This document shows, piece after piece, positions 26,865 through 39,278 of a stretch of 64,000 bases of DNA. A program made the position numbers and the translations under genes. Under the pieces are notes generated by a model that did no database searches, was not told the origin of the DNA, and saw only the letters and a list, made by a program, of their open reading frames with translations. The stretch lies in NCBI RefSeq assembly GCF_018977255.1, contig NW_024704742.1, positions 80,230,001 to 80,294,000 on the forward strand. The letters are read 5' to 3'. Position 1 is the stretch's first letter. Each line of letters starts with the position of its first letter. The stretch is from Callorhinchus milii (lineage: Eukaryota).

Positions 26865-29447
26865 CATAACATGTAGGAGCAGGAGTAGACCATTCGGCCC
26901 TTCAAGCCTACTCCGCCATTCAATCATGGATAATCTTCCAATCTAACTCCAGCTAATAACCTGACCCTGCCTTATCCCCATATCCCTTAATCCCTTTTGC
27001 AATAAGAAATCTATCTATCTCAGTCTTGAATATGTTCAAGGACTGAGCATCAACAGCCCTTTGGGGTAGTACGTTCCATACATTCACCACCCTTTAAGTG
27101 AAGAAGTTCTTCCTCAACTCAGTGCGAAAGGGCTGGCCTCTGATTTTAGGGTTGTGACCCCTGGTTTTAGTTTCTCCAACCAGGGGAAACAATCTCCCAC
27201 TATCTACTCTATCATGCCCTTTGATGATCTTATAGGTTTCTATAAGATCCCCTCTAATTCTTCTATATTCTAGAGAATATAGGCCCAAATTGGTCAGCCT
27301 ATCCTCGTAACTCATTCCCTTCATACCTGGCACTGACTTAGTAAATCTACGCTGCACCCCCTCCAAGGCAAGTACATCCTTCCTTAAATGAGGAGACTAA
27401 AACTGGACACAGTATTCCAGGTGTGGTCTCACCAGGGCCCTGTACAGTTGCAGCAAGACTTCCCTACACTTATACTCTAATCCTTTCATAATGAATGTTA
27501 ACATACCGTTTGCCTTCCTAATCACTTGCTGCACCTACAGACTAACCTTCTGTGATTGGTGTACAAGGACACCCAAGTCCCTCTGGACACTAACACATTC
27601 CAATCTCTCCCCTTTTAAAAAATAACCCGCTCTACTGTTTTTGCTACCTGGGTGGATGACTTTGCACTTCCCTACATTATACTTCATCTGCCACCTACCT
27701 GCCCAATCACCTAACCTATCTATGTCGCGCTGCATTTTTGTAATGTCGTCCTCTGTGTTGGAACTTCCTCCTACTTTGTATCATCCGTGAATTTAGATAT
27801 ATTAGTTTCGATGTCCTCATGTAGATCGTTGATGTAGATGGTAAATAGCTGAGGCTGTTAGAAAATCCAAATAAGAGACACTCGCTCGAATGGACTCCTA
27901 ATTTCTGCGAGTACCACGGCCACCGTCCCAACTATTTACTAGTTACGGTCATACCGGACTCATAAACACGTCAACTGCCGAGTGTACTAATTCATAGTAT
28001 CCTGCCGAATCCCAAATTGTTAGAAAATAAAATCAGCCAAATCTGTAAGGAAATAAGGCTAATTCCTCTAACCAGATATCAGACTGTTTTATTATTATTC
28101 GTTCGTTATTCCCCAATATCCCGATGGGTCAGACCAAAGGCCGGTACAATCAACAGATCTTGTAACAGAATAATAGCAGCGTAGATAGCTTGAGTTCAAC
28201 ACTGTGTCTTTCCAGCACACAAGCTTGATTCTTCATGCTTTCAGTCTTCTTGCTTACAGCTTTCAATCTTCCATCTAATATCCTCAATCTTAGTGTTTCC
28301 AGCTCTCAGTCTTCCATCTCCCGTATCCTTGTCTCCGCGATGGCCCCGTACACAAAGTTATCGGAACTCTTATACCGATGTTCGTCCAATCATGGTGCGG
28401 ACATTAGATCACCTGTCGAAATCATGCCGGGTTCACGTGAACACCTCATGGGGTGTATGTGCCTCACACACATACATATTGTCCTTAAGTCCCCTGTTAT
28501 CTGATCTAATTGTCTAAGATAGAGGATTGATCAGTTTAGGGTTGTATCTGGTGCTCATTATTTTGTAGTGTGGGATCATTAGTACATTCCTTTTAAGTGA
28601 CTGGTTATTTCTTATCAGTATCCCGGGATGGTACCAAGGCCCTCTAGTTTAAGCAACTTGCTCATTAGCTGCTATTCTTGAGGGTTGCCTTCTGTCGGTT
28701 GGCCCTGTCAGAATCTAGCGACTTATTGCTCAGTCGAGATCCAGTGTCGACCGGTATCTTGGACCGTTATCTCTGTGGGCGTGTTGTCATTTACTGATAA
28801 GAGGTGACCCCCTGCCCCTGTCCGTTATTCTTTCAAAAACAGAGAAAACCAGATGAGTCCTATCCCATGACAGTCAGTCCAGTTGCCCCCCACACTTAAC
28901 TTAAAAGTTAACCCATTCACAACATCTATTATGATTCTAACATTATACAAAAAGTGTATATTCTAACAAGACCCAAGGACTTATCCTTGTGGCACTCCAC
29001 TAGTCACATCCCGCTAATCCGAAAAGGACCCGTTTATTCCTACTCTTTGTTTCCTACCCGTTAACCATTCCCCAAACCACGTTAATATGCTCCCCCCAAT
29101 TCCATGGGCCCTTATCTTTTGGACTAACCTTTTATATGGCACCTTATCGAATGCCTTCTGGAAGTCCAAACAGACCACATTCACTGATTCACCCTTATCT
29201 AGTTTACTGGAAATGTCCTCAAAAGACTCTATAAGATTTGTCAAACATGACTTCCCTTTTGTAAAGCCGTGTTGACTTGGCCTAATTATATTGTGCTCTC
29301 CTAAATACCGCACTACCACATCCTTAATCAACCATTCTAAAATTTTTCCTATCACTGATGTGAGACTAATTGGCCTATAGTTCCCCATCTTTTCCTTTCC
29401 ACCTTTTATAAATAGTGGTGTGACATTTGCGATCTTCCAATCCCCCC
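26865..29447 (-). mobile_element. CR1 LINE (RT to 3' end), interrupted by an LTR insertion at 27856-28968
   Basis: [23 protein letters not shown] (29014-29469) and MQRDIDRL..., EGVQRRFTK.... Sequence on either side of the LTR is colinear CR1. Confidence 0.92.
27856..28968 (-). mobile_element. LTR (28018-28968) plus PBS-like site and ~160 bp leader, LTR-retrotransposon/ERV remnant
   Basis: TG...CA ends with inverted termini TGTTAGAA/TTCTAACA; imperfect 4-bp TSD AGGC/AGAC; close inverted homologue of 50813-51850. Confidence 0.85.
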
Positions 29448-29814
29448 AGAGAGATAATGTGCATTCCATTCCAATAGATAGCTCTCAAATTACCATTTGG
29501 AGGTGAGATGCATAGAATTCTCAGCTTGGTTTTGGGTACTGTTAAGCATGGTGATAGGTTTCTGCATGTGTCAGATACCTGGCTGACCGAAAAAAAAACT
29601 TTCAGAACACGATGTAGAGCAAGAACAAATGAATGGATGAATTTGCATTCTTATAATAAGAAGAAGAATAATCCGTGCATTTGATATATTTCTTGAGGGA
29701 TTATTATAAGGCGTGTGGAGTAAGGAAACTCGCCCTGCTAGGAATCGAACCCAGGTTTCTCATTTGCGAGGCGAGGCGAGTGCTCTAACCACTGAGCTAC
29801 AGTGTTTCAAATGA

Positions 29815-30230
29815 ATAATCTTTGCATTTGATATAATGCCTTATCACATTGTTGACACGTCTCAAAGCTCTTCACAGAATTTTCCTGTGAATTGTAGTGA
29901 CTGTATTTATAGCTGAATGTGGCAGTCATATGCACAGCAATGGCCCACAAACAACCGTTGAAGTGAATGATCAATTTATCTGGTAGAATGTTGGCCAAAC
30001 ACTGTGAGATATTGGCCTTTCTTTTTAAAAAGTGACATAGGATCTTTAACATTCACCTGAACAGGCAGGTGTTCCCTCAATTTAGCGTCTTAAGAACAGA
30101 ACCTCCGACAATGCAGCACATCCCTGGCATTATATTGGAATATCAGCCCAGAATGAGTTCAAGGTCTTGACCATGACATGAATTCACAACCTGAATGATT
30201 CAAAAATGGGAGTGCTACCAACTGAGCCAT
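29815..30230 (-). mobile_element. Older Deu-domain SINE, family 2, adjacent to an internally deleted family 1 SINE (about 29660-29800)
   Basis: Head GGCTCAGTTGGTAGCACTC on the minus strand, core and tail present. Confidence 0.75.
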
Positions 30231-31817
30231 AATATTAAAACATCTCAAAACACTTCATAGCAATTGTTGTCGCGTGTCATGTGAGTGAGTTTCTAGAAAA
30301 CGCAGCCAATTTGCATACAGCAAACTTTTTCAAACAGCTATGAAACAAATGGTCAATTAATCTCATTGGCCAAGACACCAGGAGAAATCCTCTACTCTTT
30401 TCGAGTCGTGCTATGAGAGCCAAACAAGCTTGTGTTTTCAACATTCTATTACACAAACTGCAGGGAAGTTGAGTGTTTTTCAGCGTCACTAAAGATTGTC
30501 ATTGGTGGCCTTTACTTTGAGGGAAAAAAAACACCAGCGCAAAGGAAAGAATCCAATGTGTTTAATTGGGATTGGGAACAGAGATTGCAGGGTTATTACA
30601 CATAGTGTGTATAACCTGGGGCTAAGGTTCTGCCCTTGAGTTTGAGGGGCTTAAATCAATATAGTTAGAAACAGATCAGGATAATTAGCCTCTGCTGGTT
30701 CACACATCACTATGCATGGACCATTAAACAATTAACAACAATGTAAAGGACAGAACATTAATCATTCTAATAGTCAGGTTCAAGCAGTTGAAGCTATCTC
30801 AGTCATTCTCTGTTGTTTCCCTGCATGATCCTTGCATTTGATATTGTGCCGAATCATATCGTTGAGATGTCTCAAAGCGTTTCACAGGATATACTGTATT
30901 TTGTGGGTGCAACAGCAAATTTTGAAATGAAAATTTGAGTGCAATTGGTTAAAAGCAGTGAAAACCCTGCAGCTTTGCACAGTTACAACATGATTTGATT
31001 TGTATAAATTGTTTTATTCTTTTTAAGAAAAGGAGCTGCAGAAGCATAATGAGAAAGACAGCTGATGAGTCAAGTTCGCTTTGCCGTCTCTCTCGTTTGC
31101 AGCCCTTTGCTCGTGTTCTGTGTTACCTTAGTGAGTTGGATGTAGGCTGGGAATAGACATTTTAGGCAGTGTTTGGCTTGGAGTGATATGAGATATTAAT
31201 TTGGGATCATTAGGAATGTTTTGACATTCAGAATGTCATGGTAGGAGCAATACTGCTCACAATCCCTGTTCCCATGGCACATTCCAACTTGTCTTTTAAA
31301 GCGAACTTGAAGAAATGAAAGAGACCATTATAGGCTGAAGATTAACTTCCATTCAAGGCCAAGGCCACTCAAACAGTACAAACATTTCATGCAGTGTAGT
31401 GCTGTATGCCACATTGTCAGAGATGCCGTCCTTCAGATGAGACATTATCAAATATCAAATGCAAGGACATTAAACCAAGATCCCTTCTTTCTTTTCAAGT
31501 AAACATAAAAGATTCCATGGGCACTAGAAAAGAGAAGCGAGTTTTCTTGGCCAACAATCCTCCAAATAGAATTGATCATTCACTTAACTGCTGTTTGTAG
31601 GACATTGCTGTGTGCAGTTTGGCTGTACAAATACACAGTCACTACATTTCTCAGTAAAATCAAGTGAAACACTTTGAAATGGCTTAACAAAGAGATTTAT
31701 CAAATGCAATGATTATTATTAAGGTGGCTCGAATGGTATAAACTAATATTGTGACCCAGAGAGAGTTCAGATCAATGTCTGGAAGCTTTAGTCAGGACAG
31801 AACGCTCCCGGGGCAGA

Positions 31818-31837
31818 GTGCTGCCTCCTGGTGGCCG
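31818..31837 (-). promoter_or_regulatory. Candidate CTCF-binding site
   Basis: Minus strand reads CGGCCACCAGGAGGCAGCAC, a close match to the CTCF core motif, in apparently non-repeat sequence. Confidence 0.5.
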
Positions 31838-32329
31838 TTTAACATTAATTAAAAAACTCATCCTTCTGATACAAAACACTCAGTCACTACATTTTATACT
31901 AAATCCTGTGACGTTCTTTGGGACACTCTTTTTACGTAAAAGGGGCTGTATCAAATACAAGGATTATTATATAATGTTGAAAAATTTCAAAGTAATTCAC
32001 AGGTAATTGTTGACTGTGTATATGTAGGGAAACTCATCAGTCAAATTGCTCATCGCGAGGTCTCAGCCATGGAATGAATGAACAATTTATCTGGCGGATT
32101 GTTAACCAGGACAGCAGGAGCAACTCTCTTATTTTTGAGAAAACTGTTATGGGATCATCAACGTCAATCATTGGCAATCACAATCTGCACAATATCCAAA
32201 GAAGCTTGACTTTGGCCAATAAAGTGGAACACATTTGAAAATTATTTTGACATGCCCCATCATCTCCAGCAAAACTATTATGCTAGATAAGATGTATCAA
32301 ATGATCAATAGCAAGCCAAAATAGTGGGA

Positions 32330-32905
32330 TAATCCTGCCACTGTATAAATCATTGGTGAGACCTTACTTAGACTATTGTGTACAATTCTGTTCCCGCAGT
32401 ACAAAAAGAATAAGGGAGAAATCGAGAAGATACAGGAGGGTAACCAAAATGATTGAGGGAATGGAGCGACTGGGCTATCAGGAGCGACTAAGTACATTGG
32501 GCACGTTCACGCTGGAAAAGAGAAGATGGAGAGGTGATATGATTGCTGTCTTTAAGATTCTAAAGGAGCAAGACAATATAGATCATGACAGTCTGTTTCA
32601 ACTAGTCCAGAATAGTAAAACCAGAGGACACGGCCTGCGATTGAAGAGGGGTAAATTCGGAACAAATCTACAGGAACACTATTTCAGTGAGCAAATAGTA
32701 AACCTGTGAAACATGTTCCCTAGGAAGACGGTTGAAGCAGGAAGTGTTGATTCCTTCAAACGCAGATTTGATTGTTTTCTTTTATGAAATAACATTATGG
32801 GTTATAGTACATTGGTAGTTCAGGACATGTGCATGCAACCGCCAGGAAGATGGAAGGTGAACGAGATGGACCTTGGTCTTTTTTCATCTGGCATTCCTTA
32901 TGTTT
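32330..32905 (+). mobile_element. CR1-type LINE 3' fragment
   Basis: LVRPYLDYCVQF, LEKRRWRGDMIAVFKIL and TRGH motifs. Confidence 0.85.
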
Positions 32906-34410
32906 TTAGATATTGCTTATTAACATTTTTTATTCTTAGTTAGTGAATGATGTAGTAGGAAAGTATAAAGTAGAATTGGCTCAGTTTTATAATAATAATA
33001 TTCCTTGCATTTGATGTAGCACCTTACCACATCATTGAGACAATTCAAAGTGTTTCACAGAATATATTGTAAATTTAACTGCATATTTTGTGGGTGAAAC
33101 ACAGCAGTCAATTGCACACAGCAGTGTCCCACAAGCAGACGTGGATTGAGTGACCAAATTTTGTTTTTCTTTTGGAGAGTTTATATATTGTAACTCCACA
33201 ATATATCACCTTATAGCATATAGCATCTGTATCTCCTAAGTGCTCTGGGATGCTGCCGGGCATGGAGGGAGTTATATAAATGCAAGTTGTTGTTGTATAC
33301 TCTGCAACTAGAAAGTTAGCATTTGTTAAAATAATTTATGAAAAGTCTTGAAAAGCTAGGGCACTGTGTCTGCAATACCCCAGTTGAACATTATACATCA
33401 GACTTGAATGATTAGCAATAAATAATTATAATAACACTATTAATAATAATCTTAATTCAATTTGATATGGTGTCTTATCATGTCATGATCTCAAAGTGCT
33501 CAAAATAATGAGTTATGCAGCTTTTGTAATAGGGGTTTGCCTCATAGGGCAAGCCTGTCTCTGGAGGCAACCGCTAATGAAAATGTCTGCACGGATTCTC
33601 ACTCAGTCATGTCTCCTCGTGCCTCCTTATCAACAAGAGTTATTTAATTGACAACAGGGGAAAGAAGAAAGGGCTTGACAATGTGATGCATGAAAAAGAC
33701 AGTGATGTTGTAATCCAGATAGCAATAAGTTGATGATGATGTGACCAAGATAGCAATAAGCGGGAGGAGTTGGATTTTCTGATAAATAAATAAGCAATAA
33801 AGGGGTGATTTTGTAATCAAAGCAGATTTTCCTGACATTTAATAATTATCAAACGTATCATCAAATCTATTATAATGCAAGGCATTTTTCTATCCATCCA
33901 TTCCTACAGAGTGGTTGTGAATATGAACTGTTTCTCCCCTTCTTTCGCTTTCTCCTCAACTAACTGTGCTGTATCAAATGCAAAGATTATTATTATTGTG
34001 TACTTTGACTACCGACCACATGCTCCATAGATTCTGGTCTATTTCTTTGCTGCAAAGATTTACATTTTCTTCTGTTAAGTTCAAGCATTAGATCATATGC
34101 AGCAAGAATTGTCAACTTTATAAAATTGCAGTCATAATTGCATAAAAGATGTAAACGTGCAAATGCAGTCAGCATAGAAATCACCAGTGTTTAGGGAAGC
34201 AGATCCACTAAAACTGCCAATTGAATAAAATTACTTATTTTACTTTTGTTTAAATTGAATTGGGGAAAAAAGGTAATAAAGACTAAGCAATTGGCTTGCA
34301 TAAATGAAATTAAATGTCTCACCATTATATCTTTACACAGATGTACAGCAACTTGGCTAATGTAGATTGAGTATTCTGCCAATCTAACCATCACTCCACT
34401 CAGGTTGGAT

Positions 34411-35010
34411 ACAACAACAACAACAAGATTACATTTGTATAGCGTATTTCACGTCGGGAGGACGTCTCAAGGCGCTGGACAGAGTACAGCATTTCAGACC
34501 CAAGCTGGGGTCAGTGGGCGGAAGGGAGGGGAGGGGAAAGGGGCTGGCTAATGGCATGGTCGAAGAGGAGGGTCTTGAGGCTGGACTTGAAGGAGGCTAA
34601 GGAGGGGCCGAGGCAGAGTGATTGGGGGATGGAATTCCAGAGTATGGAATTCCAGAGGCAAAGTGGCTGAAGGCTCTCCCGCAATGGTGGAGCGGTTGAG
34701 TCGGGGGGCGTGAAGCAGGCCAGAGCCGGCTGAGTGGAGGGAACGGGTGGGTTGGTAGGGGGTTAGGAGGTCGCAGAAGTAGGTGGGGCGAGGCCATGGA
34801 GGGCTTTATATGTGAGGACCACGATCTTGAACTGGATCCTCTGAAGAATAGGAAGCCAATGGAGTCGTGCGAGAGTGGGGAAGATGGGGTCATGAAGTTA
34901 GGTGCGGGAGAGGACACGGGCTGCAGAGTTCTGGATTATCTGCAGCCTGTGGAGGGAGGAGTTGGGAAGGCCAACAAGCGGGGCATTTGCATAGTTAAGC
35001 CTGGAGGATA
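34411..35010 (-). mobile_element. L2 LINE 3' fragment
   Basis: (AAC)n tail and colinearity with 38650-39278. Confidence 0.88.
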
Positions 35011-35334
35011 GACCCACTAACAGGGATGATTATAATTGTATAACAGAGGTTTAACCTTCCCTCGCTGTTCATTTCATGTTCAAAATGAAATAGCACAGAA
35101 TCTTGACTCCATCATTGGCACGCATATGTTTGCCCAATACCCATTACACTGAATTTTGAACAAAAAATGTAATAGAATATTGGAGGGGGTGTGATAATTG
35201 TAATATCAAACATTGCATTATACAGTCACAGAGTCACTAAAATGTCAGAGCCGCAAAATATCAGAAGAATAAATAATTCCTAAAAGTTGCTGCCATAATG
35301 GTAGATAATACTTATTTCATTTAAATAATGAACA

Positions 35335-36015
35335 GTGTGTTAGCCTGGCTCAGTTGACAGCAATCTCGCCTTTGAATCCAATTCCACATTGGAATTTAGA
35401 GCTCATATAGTTTAAGGTGCTGGGGATATGCTGTATTGTCGGAGATGCTGTCTTTTGGATGAGACGTTAAACCTCTGCCTCCAGGTTGACGTAAAAAATC
35501 CCATGACATTATTCAAAAAGAGAAAGGAGTTTCTCACAATCACCCAAATAAAACTGTTAACTCACTCCATTGCTGTTTAGGGGACATTGCTGTATGCAAT
35601 TGGCTGCTGTTTTTACCCACAAAATATATCCTGTGAAGTGCTTTGAGATGTCTCAACGATGTGTTAAGGCAATATATATAATATATATAATAATCCTCGC
35701 ATTTGATAAAGTGCGTTATCGTGTCTTCAAGACGTCTCAAACCACTTCACAGAATATTAAAGTGGAGTGACTGTATATTTTGTGGGTGTATCGCGGCAAC
35801 CAATTGCCCACAAGCAGTGTCCCACAAATAATCGCGGATTGAGTGACCAAATTTTTTTAAAATTTTTGTTAAGGGATTATTACCCTCCAAAATGCAATCC
35901 ACCAGTCGACTAACAACTGGGTTCCTACTTATTGCTAGGTAACAGGCATGTGGAGTAAGGAAACATGCCTAAACTTGCGAGGCGATTGCTCTAATCACTA
36001 AGCTACAGGACTGCA
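35335..36015. mobile_element. Tail-to-tail pair: family 2 SINE (+, about 35335-35675) and long-variant family 1 SINE (-, about 35690-36015)
   Basis: Both tRNA heads and cores are recognisable, in opposite orientation. Confidence 0.75.
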
Positions 36016-36339
36016 AGAATTATTAATATATTATTAAAAAAAATTCAAAAGACATTTAGACAAATATATGTGATAGTGTTGGGAAGTCAGAAAGAGCTTG
36101 CATTTGTATCATGCCTTATGCACCATAACATCTGAAAGAGCTTTGCCAGGAGAGTATGCTTACATAATAGCCACATTGCTAGTGACATGATCCCAGTTCC
36201 TCATTCTCATATCTGCCTCTTACCAGGTGTCAATGGGGAAATCTGAATTATATAGATCCTGTCACTACTGCAATGCTGACTTCATATTCAGCATGATACA
36301 ATCTAACTGTCGGAATTTTTTTTAAGCTAATTTGATGCG

Positions 36340-37515
36340 CTGAATGAGTACTTTGCATCTGTCTTCACAAAAGAAGTAGATGCACCAAATGCCGCAGTAT
36401 CGGAGGAGAGGGTAGAGGAAATGGATAGGATAAGTATAAACAAAGAGGAAGTACTGAAAAGGTTGACTGCGCTGAAGGTAGATAAGTCGCCCGGTCCGGA
36501 TGGGATGCAAATGTGGAGTCCTGTAGCTCAGTGGTTAGAGCACTCGCTTTGCAAGTGAGAGACCCGAGTTCAATTCCAGGCAGAGGGCGAAACCTTGGGC
36601 AAGTTTCCTTACTCCACACAGAGCCTAATAATAATCCCTCCAAAACCAAAAAAAAACCAGTAATAAATTGGTCATTTTCAATCTACGACTGTTTGTGGGA
36701 CATTGCTGTGCGCAATTGGCTGCCGCGTTCGCCCACAAATATACAGTCAATTCACTTTACAGTGTGTTCTGTGAAGCGCTTTGGGACGTCCTCCCGACGT
36801 GAAAAGCGCTATATCAAATGCAAGGATTATTATTATTATTACTATGGGAGGCACGGGTACAAATAGTGGATGCTTTGGCTACAGTTTTCAATCTTCGTTG
36901 GACACAGGAGTGGTGCCAGAGGACAGGAGAGTGGTCAATGTGACTCCCCTGTACAAAAAGGGACAGAAGGATAAACCTGGGAACTACAGGCCAGTCAGCC
37001 TAACATCAGTAGTGGGGAAACTCCTGGAGACTATAATCCGGGACAGAATAAATCTTCACTTAGAAGAATATGGGTTAATTAGGGGCAGCCAACATGGATT
37101 TGTTAAAAGCAGATTTTGTCTAACAAATCTATTAGAATTTTTCAATGAGGTAACGGAGAGGGTGGATAAAGGTAGTGGAGTTGATGTAGTTTATATGGAC
37201 TTTCAAAAGGCATTTGACAAAGTGCCACATGAAAGACTTGTAAGAAAGATAGAACACCATGGTATAAAAGGGACAGTGGCAGCGTGGATCCAGAACTGGC
37301 TGGGAGACAGAAAGCAGAGAGTTGTGGTGAATGGCTGCTTTTCTGACTGGAGGGAAGAGTACAGTGGAGTCCCCCAGGGATCGGTATTAGGACCACTGCT
37401 TTTAATATACATAAATGATCTGGACTTGGGTATAGCAAGCACCATTTCCAAGGTAGTGGATGACACAAAGTTAGATAGGGTGGTAAACAGTGAGAAGGAT
37501 AGAAGTCAACTGCAG
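36340..37515 (+). mobile_element. CR1 LINE RT fragment interrupted by a SINE
   Basis: KSPGPDGM before the [38 protein letters not shown] and VDDTKL after it. Confidence 0.92.
36513..36844 (+). mobile_element. tRNA-derived SINE, family 1, full length and young-looking
   Basis: Intact head, core, tail GGGACGTCCTCCCGACGTGAAAAGCGCTATATCAAATGCAAGG(ATT)n; CpGs preserved. Confidence 0.95.
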
Positions 37516-37519
37516 AAAA

Positions 37520-38030
37520 AACAACAACAACAAGATTCCATTTATAGAGCGCCTTTCAGGTCGGGAGGACGTCCCAAGGCTCTGGACAGTTGAGTCACGA
37601 CCCAAGCAGGGTGGAAATGGTTAGGGTGAGGGAAGGGAAGGGAGGGAGCGAGGAGGGGGTAGAGAGTCGAGAGGGGAGCTGAAGGCACGGTTGAAGAGAA
37701 AAGTCTTGAGACCGACCTTGAAGGAGGAAAGGGAGGAGGCGGTGAAGGCACTGGGGGATAGAGAGTTCCAGAGCCTCGGGGCTGAGAGGTTGAAGGCCCG
37801 GCCACCGATGGTAGGGCGGTTGGGGCGGGGGATGTGGAGCAGACTGGAGCCAGAGGAACGGAGGGTACGGGCAGGTAAATAGGGGATAGTAGGTCGGAGA
37901 GGTAGGAGGGAGCAAGGCCATGAATGACCTTGTAGGTGTGGATGAGGATCTTAAATTCGATCCTCTGGGGGATGGGGAGCCAGTGGAGGCGAGCGAGGGT
38001 GGGAGTGATGTGGTCGCAAAGCCTGGTGCG
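37520..38030 (-). mobile_element. L2 LINE 3' end (left arm of the head-to-head structure)
   Basis: [23 protein letters not shown] on the minus strand; (AAC)n tail at 37520. Confidence 0.92.
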
Positions 38031-39278
38031 GTCGACCATGCTATCCTCCTCCACCGCTTGTCCTCCCACCTAAACCTTCAAGGCCCTGTCCTTGAGTGGT
38101 TTAGGTCGTACCTCTCTCACCGTCTTCACTTTGTCTCCACAAATGGCTTTTCCTCCAGTCCCCGCACTGTCTCGTGCGGTGTCCCTCAAGGCTCTGTCCT
38201 CGGTCCCCTCCTTTTCACCCTCTATATGCTCCCCCTTGGTGACATCATCCGCAGACATGGGGTTAACTTCCACATGTATGCGGATGACACCCAACTCTAC
38301 CTTTCCTCCTCTACCCTCAACTCCACGACCACCGATGTCCTGACAGCCTGCCTGTCCGACATCGAGTCCTGGACGAGAGACAACTTTCTTCAGCTCAACG
38401 TGCGCAAAACTGAGGCCCTCCTGATTGGCTCACGTCAGCGCCTCCGCACCTCAGGCGCTGACAGCATCAGCATCCAAGGCTGCACTCTCCACCTCTCAAA
38501 GCCAGTCAGGAACCTCGGGTTCTGTTCGACCCTGAGCTGTCCTTTCTCCCCCATATCCGCGCCACAACTGGCACCGCCTTCCATCACCTCCGGAATGTCG
38601 CCAGACTACGGCACTACCTCACCCCTCACGCTGCTGAAACTCTGGTCCACGCCTTTATCACCTCAAGGCTGGACTATGGGAACTCTCTCCTCGCCGGCCT
38701 TCCCGCCACCTCCCTCCACAAGCTGCAGGTCATTCAGAACTCTGCAGCTCGTGTACTGTCCCGCACCAGGCTTCGGGACCACATCACTCCCACCCTCGCT
38801 CGCCTCCACTGGCTCCCCATCCCCCAGAGGATCGAATTCAAGATCCTCACCCTCACCTACAAGGCCATTCACGGCCTCGCTCCCTCCTACCTCTCTGACC
38901 TACTATCCCCCTACCTACCTGCCCGTACCCTCCGTTCCTCTGGCTCCGGTCTGCTCCACATCCCCCGCCCCAACCGCCCTACTATCGGTGGCCGGGCCTT
39001 CAGCCTCTCAGCCCCGAGGCTCTGGAACTCTATCCCCCAGTGCCTTCGCCGCCTCCTCCCTTTCCTCCTTCAAGGCCGGTCTCAAGACCTTTCTCTTTGA
39101 CCGAGCCTTTAGCTCCCCTCTCGACTCTCTACCCCCTCCTCGCTCCCTCCCTTCCCTCCCCTCACCCTGACCATTTCCCCCCTTCTCGGGTCCTGACCCA
39201 ACTGTACAGCGCCTTGGGACGTCCTCCCGACGTGAAAGGCGCTCAATAAATGGAATCTTGTTGTTGTTGTTGTTGTTG
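38029..39278 (+). mobile_element. L2 LINE, RT to 3' end (right arm)
   Basis: [27 protein letters not shown]; frameshift near 38520; (TTG)n tail. Confidence 0.95.

Noticed and set aside
31075..31130. Signal-peptide-like exon MSQVRFAVSLVCSPLLVFCVTL|gtgagt as JAM-A exon 1
   Set aside because: The hydrophobic frame ends in phase 0 but exon 2 needs phase 1; better candidates exist at 54394 and 56622.
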